The translations under genes were made by a program, and so were the position numbers. A model generated the notes under the pieces. It was not told the DNA's origin. It ran no database searches and saw only the letters and a program-made list of their open reading frames with translations. Below, in pieces: positions 27,884 to 42,277 of a stretch of 64,000 nt of DNA (position 1 is the stretch's first letter; every line of letters starts with the position of its first letter). The DNA comes from Adineta vaga (taxonomy: Eukaryota; Animalia; Rotifera), in assembly GCA_021613535.1 (NCBI GenBank), contig CP075494.1, positions 10,788,001 through 10,852,000 on the forward strand, written 5' to 3'.

Positions 27884-28957
27884 TCGACAATATCAAATAT
27901 GATGAAAAACTTTGTTAAGTAGCAAATAATAAAGTGTAGTCATCATTATATCAAACTATATAACCAGCTGTATTTTTTCATCAGATGACGTCATTTCTTT
28001 TTTCGATAGAGATCGCTTACAGCTGACTCCATTTTCAAGTATAAATATATCACTCTAGAATTGTTAATTTCAATTAGAAATTCTTTTCAGTATTGTCAGT
28101 TTGCCATACAAGATGACCTCTACTTTCCCTTAAAAGTAGAATGTTCTGACAATCGTTATTTCCTCGATCAAAATTTTACAGTTACAGAGGCGCTTTCCTA
28201 GTTTAGCATGGCATGTATCTTTCCATGAGGTAAATATTCTAGTTATTAAGATTCTAATCAAAAACAAAGATATCTATTAATACTTTATCAAAATACCTAC
28301 AGTTTTCTCCTGCTGAAACACATTTCCTGTCAAACTACATGGTACACATTGTATAATATATATTCACGTGTCATATGGAGGGAGAATCTGCACAAGTTCA
28401 TTTTGATTAAATACATGAGAATATCACGGATTCGTTTCCACAGATAAAGCATGCGTACAAATTATACGCAATCAATTAAATTGACAACGTCAGAATCTGT
28501 TTTGTAACTTGTTTTCTACGAAAGATTTCAATTTTTCCATTTCGAATTTCAAAGAAAATTATTCTCACATATTGAATTGTCGATAGATCTTTAGACTCTA
28601 TAAGCGAGCATGTAATATTGATATATAGAGCAGAAAATGATTCATAATTTAAACCATTAATCGAACAACATCTCTACAGAGTAGAATATGAAAGCGTTTA
28701 CTTAATGGTTTGATACTATTTCTTGTTGTTGTTGAGAAAATGACATCTCGTACATGACCTGTATATCTATAAAGATTTATTCTTACCGGATGAAAAGAAA
28801 AACAACAGATTATATTTCATACGACGAAGATTTCAATATTTAATGACAGCTTCATTCAATGTTAGACTGTTCGTATTTAAAAATACAGATAATGAATTTA
28901 CAACTTATTTTTAATATTCACAACAAAATAGAAGAAAAAGAAAAACGAAAGAAATGA

Positions 28958-30589
28958 TTACTCAAATAGTGCCGAAGATCGTTTAGTTTTTATACATTGA
29001 TACAAGTCATATTCATTTATACAAGGAGATAAACATGGTGTACTTTTTGAGTAATATATCTTCGGATATTTGATTGGAGTTGTTAGAGGTGTTTGTGGAG
29101 GAAATTTTCTTGGTAATTCTTCACTTCTTATAGTTAAGATCGACAAACGTGAAGGTTTAAGACCATTAAGAAAACTTCCCGATTTTTTGTTTGGAAGAAA
29201 AAAAGCTCGGGAATGCAATGTTTTTCGTTGTTCATATGATTGACAAATATGGAAACGAATTTCTCGTCGTAAAGTTGGACTAAAGATAACATAGAGTGTC
29301 GGCGAGAAAGCTAAATAAATAAGTAAATTAAGTCGTATTAAAAATACGAGTACTGAATTATCACGATCATGTTGATCGATTAATTTAAATGATATTAAAG
29401 AATAATAGAGATGTGTTGGAAAATATGTTATTAACAACCACATAGATTGCCATAATAAAGTAAACGTTATTTCATTAGCTAATGAAATTTTTGATCGACG
29501 AAATTTGGAACTTTTTCGTAAAATTGTTGGAGCTTTTTCTAATAAACGTTTTCGTCGTTGACAAATTTTAAAACAAATATAAATATCCAGAATTGTATTT
29601 AATAAGAAAGGAAGTATAAATGAATGTGAATGTGTTAACATTTTAATTCGATCAGCTTTCAATGCTGAATAACGTTTTACAGAACATAGACCATAAGCAA
29701 AATTAACCCAACGAAAGGCTTTGATATCAACTGAAATTAATTCATCGAGATGTAATATAAAACATGAGCAAGTAACGGTACATAATATCAAACAAATCGT
29801 TCGTGTTTTCAATCCATTTTTAACTGTTAATGGTCGAATAAATGTAAATGAACGTTCGAATGATAATAAAACCATAATCCATAAGGATGTTGTCGATAAT
29901 GATTGTTGTAAATATTGAATATATCGACATGCACGTACTGAATCGACAATATAAAATACCATATAAATCCAAGAATAACTAAAAAACATATTAAGAAATG
30001 TTAGCTGTAATACGGATTAATAATAATAACAGTATCCAACAGAAATTATGTCTAGTGCTTCGGGACAATATTAGATTTCCTTTTCTCACTGTCAGTATAT
30101 GTATAGTATTGAGATCTATTTATTTTAGTCTTATTAATATCTCTTAAATGATTTCAAGTATATGTGATGAAGTCTAAGTTCATCGAGTGAAGAAGAAAAA
30201 GAGTTGAAAGCACTTTTATCTTTCTTTTTTTGAAAAATTACTTACGTGAAAATACTTGCACAATTAGCAAGCACAAATGCGTAAATATAGCATCGAAATG
30301 GACTTCGCCGAAAGGTTTTTGATGCTGTAAATATTAATAAAGCAAGAATATTAAATATTAAACCAATAAATCCTAATGAAAGTGGAATTAAATTTAATAC
30401 GGATGGCCATATTGATTTTTCGCGTAATGTTATTGCTGATTCATTAATATGTAAACCGGTTGTATAACCAACAAATTCCAATGCTTCTCGCAATGATGAA
30501 AATGCTTCCGTACCGTTTGTATTCATATTCCATTGGAGATCATCGAATAAATCTAAAGAAAATGGATTGGATTTTTTGTTTACTGTCAT
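28958..30589 (-). CDS. Class A (rhodopsin-like) orphan/peptide GPCR, 2 coding exons
   Basis: Exon 30589-30246 (GFIGLIFNILALLIF...FRCYIYAFVLAN) spliced to 29978-28958 (ACRYIQYL...LSFERS, FILPFLLN, LITYFP, AFSPTLYV). Seven hydrophobic segments and N-glycosylation sites in the N-terminus. Start could be 30589 or 30526. Confidence 0.82.
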
Positions 30590-32810
30590 TTGATCAAAAT
30601 GCCGTTTTGTATAACTATGCATATGTAGAGTACTAAATATATCTTCGATAGTCCAACAATAATATATGATGAGATAGTATCGATTAAACTGAGCAAGAAT
30701 TGAAAAGAAAAATAACAACTCATTGTTCATTGAAAGATATCTTTTGTTAGATCTAGACTATTGTTAAAATATTTTCCATAGGAAAACAAAGAGAAAATGT
30801 ACTATATGAATGAATCTATGTATTCTATAGAAATGATCAATTCGTAAATAATAATCTTTTTGTAATTAATGATAAATTAGATTCTCTTATTCTTGTAATC
30901 GAGTTCTTTTATCAGATTTTGTAACTTACCGAACCAATTTTTCATCTTATTTCCACTCATATTAATTTGTCTGAAAGATTTGTCTGTGCTTTCTTTTTTT
31001 TTTCTTCTTCTTCTGTTCTGTCAATGCATTTATTCATCTACATTACAGAAGATTTGCGTCAATAAACTCCCAGATAATATCTCGAAGAAACAGGATGACA
31101 TTTGACGACTAGTCTATACTTTGATCTAATCTCGTTAACAGGAAGGGATCGAATTTTTATTTTGATAGAATTTATAGAAAATGCAAAGTACAAACTAACG
31201 CTCATTGAACAAAACACGAGACAAGATGAATACTTTATGATGTTTAAATTTCTAGAAGAAATCATTTGTTTGATATGAAAACAAAAATATAGGAGAAGAT
31301 ATTTATAGGTATCTATTTCCCATTCTGTATACAAAGCGGAATACGTTTGATTCTATCGTTTTCTAGATAATAATGCACATATCGTTTATTTAAGTTGTCG
31401 TCTTTATGAATAAACGCCTACTAATAAAAAAAAACAAGAACTTCATCAGCACATGATGCTTCAATCGTATGACGAGCATTTTAAACATTAAAATAGACGT
31501 TTTACAGCCACATGACCGAAGATAGTCATGCTAAGTTAATGAATTAGAATCAGTTAAGTTTGCTATTTAAACATGAAAGAAATGTGTATATGAATATACT
31601 TGTTAAGTATAGGATTCAGCTGACAAATATTTTCCTCATCATTTAATTAAAAAAAAAACAAGATATGCTTTCGAACGAAATCAAATCAAGTGAGAGCACG
31701 TTCAACAAATGCACATTAAATTTAAATAATTATATACCTACAAAGACGATTCCAAGAAACATCTTTGTTTTTAAAATTGAGATGATCAATTTCATTGAAA
31801 AAAAAATATTCAGTAGTTAATGAAGCTATATTTAACATTATTACAAATATAAATTGCACTCCATTTTCAATAGACATAAGTAATATATGAATACAGTCCT
31901 AGTTATTTCTACATGGATTGCAAGATAGAAAATAACACTTTTTTTTCTGGTAGATTGAACTCTATTGCCCGCAGGCAAGAAAGAAAAATTATTTTGTCAT
32001 TCAATCCTATCTGACGCTATTTTTTTTATTCCGGATAGAATCAATTCAATTTGAGAACTGATGAACTGCACTCGTATGGATGTTATTCGAAGCCTTACTT
32101 GATTGATGATTAAAATGAAATGAATATTTTATTCAAATAAGTATATTGCGTTCTTACTCCATCTTATGAACGACACATGATCTGGAAAGACTTTTACAAA
32201 TCCTAGAATCGAACTATATGTATCACATGACAGTTCTTTTCTAAATCCCAAAGATTAAGAATTTTTTAGTTCGCAGGGTAAAATTTACTTTGATATAACA
32301 ACGTAGCATTCAACATATTATACATCAAAGATTAGTTTCCATTTTCTATTAGAATATTATAGAGATTCAAGAGCACTAGTTCTCGTTTCCTTGTTTAGAA
32401 TGAAACTTTGAAGTCATACAAAGAACATTTGGTGACAAGGAACAAATAACAAAAAATCATATATGATAAAAAGTCATATAGACTGTTCTCCTGGAGAAAG
32501 AAAAATTTTCTGTAGACCTGGATGGTCATTAGTACAATTATCTGATCTATATATTTAAGCGTTAATATAATGAATCGTTTGCCTGCGTAAGAAACAAATA
32601 AACAATCCATTTTGATTGATCCGAAAGCCTGCAGATGTTTCTCTCTCTCTCTATACATATATGTATGTCTTTTAGATTTTCCCCGTCGGAGTTTCATTAA
32701 ATTTCAGAATCTTAATAATAATCCATTTTCTTTTCGAAATACCACCTGTAGCAACCAAATATTAATTTGCGCGAATAGATTTCTATAGGAAGAAAGAACA
32801 GAATAAGACT

Positions 32811-33311
32811 ATGTCAATTTCAATGCATGTCAATATAGCTAATAATCGATGGGCATTTAAAGTTCTCTATAATCCTCTCTCATCTAATCAATCAACATAT
32901 ATTATTCAAACTATACCAAGTACTCGAACAAATCGACCACAAACAATTATTGAGATAAATTCATTTCTAGAAAGCAATTCTTTAGTTGTCGTTCGACAAC
33001 ATCTATTAAATCATACCATAGCAACAATTATTCAATCGACTATTTCTTCACTAGATAATAATCCGATTCTTACAGCTGATATTATTGCTCAAACAATTGA
33101 ATATAATTCAACATATAATTCATCTCAATGTTCGATTTGTTTAGGAGATTTTATATTAACAGATGTACTTTTACAATTAGCATGTAAACATATCTATCAT
33201 CGTGAATGTCTTCTTCATTGGTTACAAACACATTCACGTTGTCCATACTGTCGATTTGTTGTTTATCAACCACCAATAACACCGCATCTTTTTCTTGTTC
33301 GTCAAAGTTAA
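32811..33311 (+). CDS. Small RING-H2 (C3H2C3) finger protein, putative E3 ligase
   Basis: CSICLGDF...LACKHIYHRECLLHWLQTHSRCPYCR; single ORF of 166 aa. Confidence 0.8.
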   Translation: MSISMHVNIANNRWAFKVLYNPLSSNQSTYIIQTIPSTRTNRPQTIIEINSFLESNSLVVVRQHLLNHTIATIIQSTISSLDNNPILTADIIAQTIEYNSTYNSSQCSICLGDFILTDVLLQLACKHIYHRECLLHWLQTHSRCPYCRFVVYQPPITPHLFLVRQS

Positions 33312-34837
33312 ATACGGAAAACGTTCCGGTCGAGTTAAAACAACAGAAACGTGATCTTTTGTTTCTTTTTATACAATAAATAGATAAAAAAAAAAGCTGG
33401 AGATGCATGTGAGTTGAGAGATAGAAAAATATCATGTTCCTTATTCATTAAAAGTCTATGTATTTCTTTTGTACTAGACACGTAATGTACTCTTTAATTG
33501 ATCATGACAGTTACTCAATCATAATCAATAGAGAAATGTCTTCAAAGAAAAAGAAAAGTTAAATCATAACCATATGCAATTCAATGATATTTTGATAGAA
33601 TATGAGAGATTAATACAGTATAAAAATATATTTAATTTTAGATAGATTTCTGAAAAGACTTAAAGTGCATATTTTTGTTTAGTCATAGGGCACAGTTCAT
33701 CAATCAAAATGTGAACAGTTTAATTATAGAAAAAGTCACTATGACGTAGATGAACACGATTTCATTATGTAGAATAAAACGAAAGGTTAACAGTCAATTG
33801 ATTTAACAAGGTCAAAGTACCCGTTTGAAAGTAGATCCTCGACATTCTTTTAGAGAAAACTTTCATTTCTGATATCACGCAATCATCTAAATTTACTTTT
33901 TTTCTTCCTACACATGTTTTCGTAATGAATTATTTCTGAAGGTTACAAGTGCACTCAATAAGTGTAAATCAAATGTTGTTTAAACTTAGCTCATTAATCA
34001 TATAAACCAGTAAAGTATGTTTAACCTTGAATAACGGAAAACAACACTTATTTTAAGCCATTTAGTTCTTGATTAGCTTCATGATAATAATAATTGATGT
34101 AGTTAACAAGTACGATTCGAGCTTTACATTATTGTCATAATCAAATCGATGAATTCAGTGTATATTGACAGATTCTATATTGCACTCAGTTAATGTACAA
34201 ATGATATTACTAATCTCTTTTTCACTTAGTCAAAACAAATGTTCGTAATCTTCTTCGTTTATGTATTAACAAAATACAAAGAGATCTAGTTGAAATAAAG
34301 GATTTCAACAGAAAGAAATTCGATAAGAATGTTGACGTTTGTTGTACTCTATGAGAGACGACTCCACACCCATCTAAAAATAGTACAAGTGTGGATTTTT
34401 ACGTCAATTTTTGAAGTTTATCAGTACGTTTGCTAATTGTGTTCAACATTATTGTCACATATTTGTTAATTTTTCTACTTCATTATTTTTAGTTTCTGTC
34501 TATTTTTTTCTTCAACGAATTTCATCAATCTCCGACTGAATTGGTACACTATGTAGATGATACTGGATTTTGTACCTTCGTACAATACTATTATGCGCTA
34601 TATCGAGTCAGGGTGTTCGTTCCGTTATATAGGTACTTATGCAAAAACAGAATATTCTTTTTCGTGTATTTAGGTAATTTTAAAATAAATTGATTTTTAC
34701 ATAGAGTTCAACCTTCGTAGATTAGACGAAATAAATCATTTATCATTATTGTGAGAAAGATTAAGTGTATTATTTTTTTCAAAAAGACAAAAAATAGAAA
34801 GTATAATTGTTGAATATAATATGTAAACATATGAATG

Positions 34838-37800
34838 TTAATGAGCGGTTAATGCTGAAGCGATTGGTGGTAGTTGTCCTGATGTGGGACGTGATCGGTT
34901 CCCACTTGCTGAACCACTACGTTTATTGCCACCTTCAATACTAGCAATTTGTTCATGAAGTCGTTGAATTTCACTACGTTGATGTTGAATTAAATTTTCT
35001 AATTCATTCTGTCTTTCTTTAACAATATGAGTATTTTGATGAGTATTTAATGCTTGAACAATTTCTTCAGTTGTACGTGCTGCTGTTTTACGACTGATGC
35101 CCATAGCTGTTTGAAGATCTTGTAATTTAACACGTGAAGCTTTTAATTCACGTCGTAAATCATTGATTTCTTTGATTAATGTCACATTTTCCTTAATTTA
35201 GTCAATGAAACAACATTATTGAGAACAACAAAACACTTACTTGCATGATACGAATATTTTCAGTTTTATGTCTTTCAGAATCTTTATCTACTTTTGCCTA
35301 ATGAAAAAAAGAGACTCAACAAGATTAAATCATTGAAAAATAAATCTTACCTTCAAACTTCGAACAGTTCGTTCAAGATGATCACGTTGTCGTGCATATT
35401 CTTTAGTTATATCTTGATCAATATTAGCTTCTTCCGTCTAATTGAAAAAAAAGGTAAAGATTTTCAAATATTCTCATCGATACACTTACTGCATCTTCTC
35501 GAACATATTGAGCATAGATTTCTGCAACACGTTGTGTTAATAATTTCGGTTCTGTAATCAATGCTGAACAATTATGTATATCAGTTTTGATACGTTTCAA
35601 AGCTAATTCAGAATCTCGTTTCTACCAAAACAGAAAAATGAAATTTTCTCGAAGAAAAACAAATCAAATTACAAACCATCTGTTTTTCTTGTTGTAAAGC
35701 TAAAGATGATGCACTTAATTTCGAACGTAATTCTTCATTTTTCAATTTTTCTTCATCATTATTTTTACTCAATCGTTCAAGTTCAGCTTCCATCTACAAA
35801 GATGTTTTCGTTTACAATCAATGAATAATTCGAAAACTTACATTGGTAATTTGTTCTTTCATATCTTTGATTTCAATTTCACGTGGTTCAATTTGTTTTT
35901 TTAATTCCTTGATTCTATAATCCAAAACGAATTTGAATTTTTCTAATTCTTGATTTTTACGTTTCAATTCATAGATTCGTTTTTCCTATGGGAGAAGAAA
36001 TCAAAGATTTATCATTCATTTCTTTTCTTTGATTTACTTTATCTTGAATTGTTTCATCACGTTCTTGAATTTCTTTTTTCAAACTTTCGGTATCTTTTTT
36101 CAGACCTTGAATATTATTTTTTAATTTAGTTTCTTCACTTTTTAAATTTGCCACTTCGATTTCCTTCTTTCGAATTGCTTCTTCCGAATCTTTAATCTAA
36201 ATAAACAAAATGAACATTATAATTATATTCAATTTCATTATCCTTCTAAAACATACTTTTCGTTGATTTGCTGTACTTTTATTTCGTAAATTAACATTAT
36301 CTTCTTTACATTGACTCAATGCTTGTTCATGTGCTTGCATTAATTTTACAATTTCTTCATCAGCATCTTCTTCGATTTGACGTTTGGTTTCTTCATAATC
36401 ACGCGATTGTTGTTTACCTTTTTCATGTTCCTGGAAAAAACAAGAAATTCATCTTAAATAGATCGAAATTGAATTGTTTCAAGAACAACATACGATAAAT
36501 AATTGATTTTTAATCTTTTCAAGTTCAGTTGTATATTTTAATCGTTGTCGTGCAACATCTTCTTCTTTCTTATTTTCCAATTCAGTTAATTGTCGTTCAT
36601 AATCTTCTTGTGTTTTCTGAGTTTTACTTTGAAGATCTTGATATTTTTCATATTCAAGCATTAGTTTTTGATTATTCGAACTTTCTAAATAAAGGAAAAT
36701 CCCTCTCTTCAATATTTATATACATTCATCAACAAATCAAATGCAAAAAGTGTAGCTTTATAGATAAACTTACAAAACAAAAAGAGAATTTTTTTCTTTC
36801 TACTAAATGAAATTTGAGTTTTCGTTATTTGAGAAAATCTTCTATACCTAGATCTTGTAATTCTTTTGTTTGTTTTTCCGTTAGATCATGTAGTTGTTCA
36901 GCATGTTTACTTGCTTCTTTCTCTTTTTCATTAGATACAACAATATGTTTGGTTTTTAAATTTTCCATTTCTTGCATAAATTTATCCGTTAAATCACGAA
37001 TTCGTTCTGCATAATTCATGTCTTTTAATTTCAGTTGATAATCATTTTCTTCACGCAATTCAGAGACACGTTGTTTCAATTCACGTATTGATGCATTCTT
37101 AAAAGGAAAATTTTACAAACAAATCATTCTCTCTCTCTCTCTCGTTTACCTTTTCCTCCAAATCAGTTTTTGTAATTAGAATTTCTTCAGCATAGAAAAT
37201 ATCTTTTTCTTTTTTGGCTATACCAACTTCTTGTAATGTCCATAAGATCACAATACCATCATCACCAATTGTTACAGCATATTCATCTTGATATGTGATA
37301 CGTACCTAAATAATATTTAACATTTAAATCGGAATGAGCCTATGAAAATAAGTTACTCGATTGATCATGCCAACATGTGCAACATATTCAGTAAAATCAT
37401 CTGGTTTTGATAATGGAAATGAATAGGATCGAATAGTTCCTTTCGAAGTACCAACCAATAACGATCTACCCGTATGACTCAGTGCAATAGAGGTAGGTTG
37501 AACATCATCAGGTGTTATTGGAACTTCACGAACAATTTGCTGAAAAGAAATGAAGAAAGATTGTCATATTCTTTTTTTTCTATAAAAAAACAACAAAATA
37601 ACAAACTTGTGTTTCGTAAATTTCTTTGATTTTTCTGTCAGTACCAACCGCGAAAACCGTTTTAGCATCACCACTGATTCCGATACCTGTATAACCACAT
37701 GCTTTCAAAACAGCTTCATGTATTCGTTTTGCTGTTGTTACTTCCCATTCATAGACAGCTCCATCCATTCCACATGAAAATAATCGTGCATCATCTGGTG

Positions 37801-39866
37801 ACCAAACTAATTGTCGAACCTGGAAGAAAAATATAAATTTGATGAGTTAGATTAATCTTTAACTAACTTTTCCATTATGTCCTTTTAAATTAGTTATATT
37901 TTCAAGAGTAATAGTAGAAAATATTTGAATCACATTGCCATGTACAGCAGCAAATAAATGTCCACCATTACTGAACAAAACTTCTCGACAACCGCGAATT
38001 GGAAAATCTTTTACTAAACGAAGATCATCGATTAAGATTGTAAATAATTTTAATTTATCCGAAAATCCAACAAGAATAAATAAGCCCGATGGATGAAGTG
38101 ATACAGCATAAGCTTCTTCTTGACATTCTTTACAGATTTCAAGTGTACTAAAGTAAATCGCATCAATGATTTAGATTTTACGGTAGCAAAAGGAAAAAAA
38201 AGTAATCTTTACCCAGTTTCATAATTCCATATTCGAACTGATTTATCGATACCACAAGTGGCAATTAATTGTTTTCGAATACATGTATCACATCCAGTAA
38301 CTTGTGCATAATGATAACCGTCAGCTAAGAATGAAAAGGTTGCCACATCCTAATATATATAAGACAACGCTTTTTCGTCGAAAAGTTTTCTTGTCATATA
38401 AAAATAATCTTACTTTTGTTATATCAATGGTGGAAAATGATAACTGATAGATTTGTTGATGATCTGTAGCAGCAATTAATGTTTCTTCTGATGGACTTAA
38501 ACACATGGATACTATTCGTTCATCATTAATTTTATCAATTGAATCATTAGGTAAGATAATTTCTCGATTACGTCGATAATATTCACGATTATCATCAATT
38601 CGATCAAACATATAAACTTTATTCGCACCAGCAGCAACAAGAACACCACGTGAAAATGGTACAATACATGTTACTTCAGATTTATTAATATGATCACCAT
38701 CTGCATTAATATCCATACTACTTTCACCGTGACCTAAATGTTCTTCGCCTGAATGTTGACTTGTTACCGATCTAGAAGATTTCTCAACAAAAATCAAATT
38801 TTCTGATCATAGAAAGACAACGTTTTTTTACCTTGATTCAGCTTTTGTATCAAGTTTAATTTCGTGAAGAATTTCTCCATTTTGAATCACAAATAGTTTT
38901 CCTTGGTCAGTACCAGCTAATAAACGTTCATCAGATATCCAACAATGACAAGTGAAATTATGTTGCTCTTGTTTTAAATTCTGTGATGGTTTCAATGTTG
39001 AATCATTATAACGAAACATTTTAAATAAACCATTACCAATCGCACATATCTGGGTATTATCTTGAGGATTAAATGAAACCTAAAAGAATATCCCATATGA
39101 AAATCAAGATATTTTTAAAGATTGTTTTTCTATTGTATTTTGTATGTTTTCATACGAATTGTTAGTGAAACCATACAATTAGAATGAATAGCAAATCATC
39201 TAACACAGTTGAATTCTTGTTTGAATGATTCATTATAAATCAATTGTTTGATTATACACGAAATTTTTTTCTTTTAAAACTCAACTCAATTTTTGATATA
39301 TGTATAAAATTCAAAACAAAGATAACTAACCTGATTAACCGATGCATTTGTTTGTGAAGCTGATGTTGGTTTAACATCAATACTAGCCATTACTTTTCCT
39401 TTTTCCCATGACCAATAGATAAGTGAATAATCAGGTGCACTACCTTGTGTTAGCAAATATTTAGAATCCGATGAAAAGAGTAATGAAACAATATCGCTTG
39501 ATTTCATTGTTTCCGGTTGTAAGGTTTTTCTTCGTTTACCAGTTTGAAGATCATAGATTGTTATTGATGGACGATCATTGATTCTTTCTGCAATAGCTAT
39601 TACACGTCGATTAGGACTCACAGTCATTGTTGTTAATGCTATAAGTTCAAGAAAATAGACTCAAATATATTCTGATTAATAAATTTACCTTGAGCATTAA
39701 TTGAGCAAGGTATAACTTTTTGTGATTTTTGATCAATACCATAGAGAATAATATTTCCACCAGCGATATAAACAACAGTCTGTTCATCTTGAAAGGCTAA
39801 TCCATTCGTAACGGTACTTCGTACACCGATGACTTGTTTGATAGATAAAATACCAGGTTGAGCCAT
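34838..39866 (-). CDS. CFAP57: Cilia- and flagella-associated protein 57 (WDR65): WD40 repeats plus long coiled coil; many exons
   Basis: WD exons ([90 protein letters not shown]) followed by coiled coil ([81 protein letters not shown]). Confidence 0.93.
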
Positions 39867-40014
39867 GATAGAAAAGAATGATCTAATATCGAAATCTCAA
39901 ATAACTATTTCGTGTATTTATTGACAAAATACTTGACACGTTAGTGTAATTCAACAAATGTAATCTAAATTCATTTCGAATGTTTGTGAATATCAGTAAC
40001 CATTTTTGATTGTT

Positions 40015-40028
40015 ATATCCATGACAAC
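40015..40028 (-). promoter_or_regulatory. X-box (RFX site) candidate upstream of CFAP57
   Basis: Minus strand reads GTTGTCATGGATAT, close to the GTYNCY-AT-RGNAAC X-box pattern. Lies about 150 bp upstream of the ATG of a ciliary gene. Forkhead-like ATAAACA at 40041-40047. Confidence 0.55.
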
Positions 40029-41172
40029 ACTGGTGTATTGATAAACAGTGAAACTAATTGGAAATAATCAAAGAGAAAATCATAGTGATTTTTTTAATTT
40101 AATAAAAGAAATCAAGAAATAGTCCAGAGAAATTTGATGAGATTAACTTTAGAATAAAATATATGAAATTGTATGTGGCGCTAATCATGTTATTGGGCAT
40201 TAAGAAGCGTCATAGAAGAAACTCTCTCTAAATTTATATTCAGATGAATGAAATGAAACATTGAATTGAAATTGTTAGTAAATTTAAAATGCGGAACCAT
40301 ACCGAATAGTATTACCACATATATTCTTGAATCTATCGAGATTTTCCAGTAAAAAATGCTATTCTTAATTGCTTCCCTGTAACGAAGTACATTTTTCTTT
40401 GTTTTATACTTGAAAAAGTAACGCACTATTATGATACAATTTTCTCCTGAACATATTTTTTGTAAATGTTTTGGTTAATTTGTTTATACATATTTGCAAG
40501 GTTAGAACGAGTAAAAACAGTCTGATGTTCGTGTATTTATAAATCATTATTAATAAGTATATGTTTTATTAGATTGTCTAGGCAAACCATGTCAATAGAC
40601 ATTTTTCGATCACGATAATTATTTAGACATTAATATTTCTAGAATAACCCAATAGCAATTTCTTAAGTCATATGATTTTGATTCATCATCGCTTGCAGTC
40701 AACTATTTTAATAGAGATGGACGATTGAATATTGTTTTTTTTTCTTAACTATGATGATAAACCTTTCTCGGAAGTCCATTAGAATACAATTTATATCTAA
40801 TATCCGTTGTTATCAATGACTTGAATGATGAGGATTAAATCGATATCATAATCGGATGTTACAATACACACAATGTAGAAATTCTCATAAAAACGTGTTA
40901 ATGTATTACTACTATTTATCCACACATGTTCTGCTCATCCAGTATATGTGACAAAATACATCTCAACAAGGCTTATTGAATCCACGTACAGTTTTACGCA
41001 TTATTGTATTTTGTATATAAATAGATAATGAATAAGATCAGAAGAAAAAAAATCATGGTTTATTGATAATGAAGAATGCATAAAAACAGAAATCGAGATA
41101 ATATCTTTTAAACTATCCCAAAGAATGTATGAAGATAAACGATCATTGTAAGTCTAATCATGAAAAAAAATC

Positions 41173-41461
41173 TTATTTTTTTTCGACATGTTTTTGATTT
41201 TTTTCATTATTAACCATAGCTTGAACGATTTTTCGTGTATCACCACCAACATCTTGATGTTGAGAATTTAATTGCACTTCAACTTTACTACGTTGTTTGC
41301 CACCACTAGTAAAACACATATAAAAGGTCAATATTTTCATATTTTTGAAATTGATCTATTGAATTTACTTACCTTCCAGCATTTAAATACTTTTCATATT
41401 GTTCGTAAGTATCTTCTGCATTTTGTTCAGCTAGAGCTGTTGCTGAATTTGTCGATGACAT
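41173..41461 (-). CDS. NUPR1: NUPR1/p8-like small stress-induced nuclear protein, 73 aa, 2 exons
   Basis: Exons 41461-41373 and 41305-41173 give MSSTNSATALAEQNAEDTYEQYEKYLNAGSGGKQRSKVEVQLNSQHQDVGGDTRKIVQAMVNNEKNQKHVEKK*. GGKQRSK.E...N...D.GG..RKI matches the p8 family. Confidence 0.8.
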
Positions 41462-42277
41462 TGAAAAAAATTAATATGTTTCTAAAAGTTTATATTTATA
41501 TTTAAAATGAAACTATGTTTGTAGTCGTAAGATCAAACGTCGAACGAAAAAAAAAATCAAATGCCTATCACTATTATTATATTATTGTCTTCTTCTTCTT
41601 CTTCTTCATTTTCGTCGTCGTCATCATCACCTCCTCTATGAAAATAAAGAAGAACAGCTGCGCCACTTGCCTAAGCCTCTATTAAACTGTAATATAGTAT
41701 AGTCGTATTTCGAGAAAAAAAAAGAATAAACGAATATTTACAAAAGAAAGAAAAAGTCACATATGGTTAGAATCACATACAATGTTGAAATTCAATAGAT
41801 AAACTTCGCAAAACGAGGATCTATATAATAATTTGTAATGTTCATTTGATTATTATTATTAAACAAAATTTTTGATTTAACAAAAAGGATAATTATTTAT
41901 TTATTATATTTGATGTTTATCAATCATGCACGAGAAAAAGAAAAGTCGTTTGAAAAAAACATTGAAGAAAAGATTTTTATTTCGTCTGGTATTCATATAG
42001 AATTAGTTTTGATTTACATACACGTAGTTGAGAATGTCTATAAACAAATTAACAGCAGACTAATCGAGTGCACAACATCATAGACATATCCGATATTATC
42101 CGTTCGATTAAATAGACAAACATATATTCTAGACGTTGGCGTTCTCATCGTTATTCTACTGGCAAATTTATCATCATCATCATCATTTCTTTTCCATTTA
42201 TAGTTTTATGAGAACAATCATATATAATTCGATGTTTTTGTAGAGAGAATGAACTGTTTATTCTGAATGAAACAGCG

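Noticed and set aside
34340-34640. Possible MITE-like insertion downstream of CFAP57
   Set aside because: Terminal inverted repeats are too weak and there is no second copy in the window.
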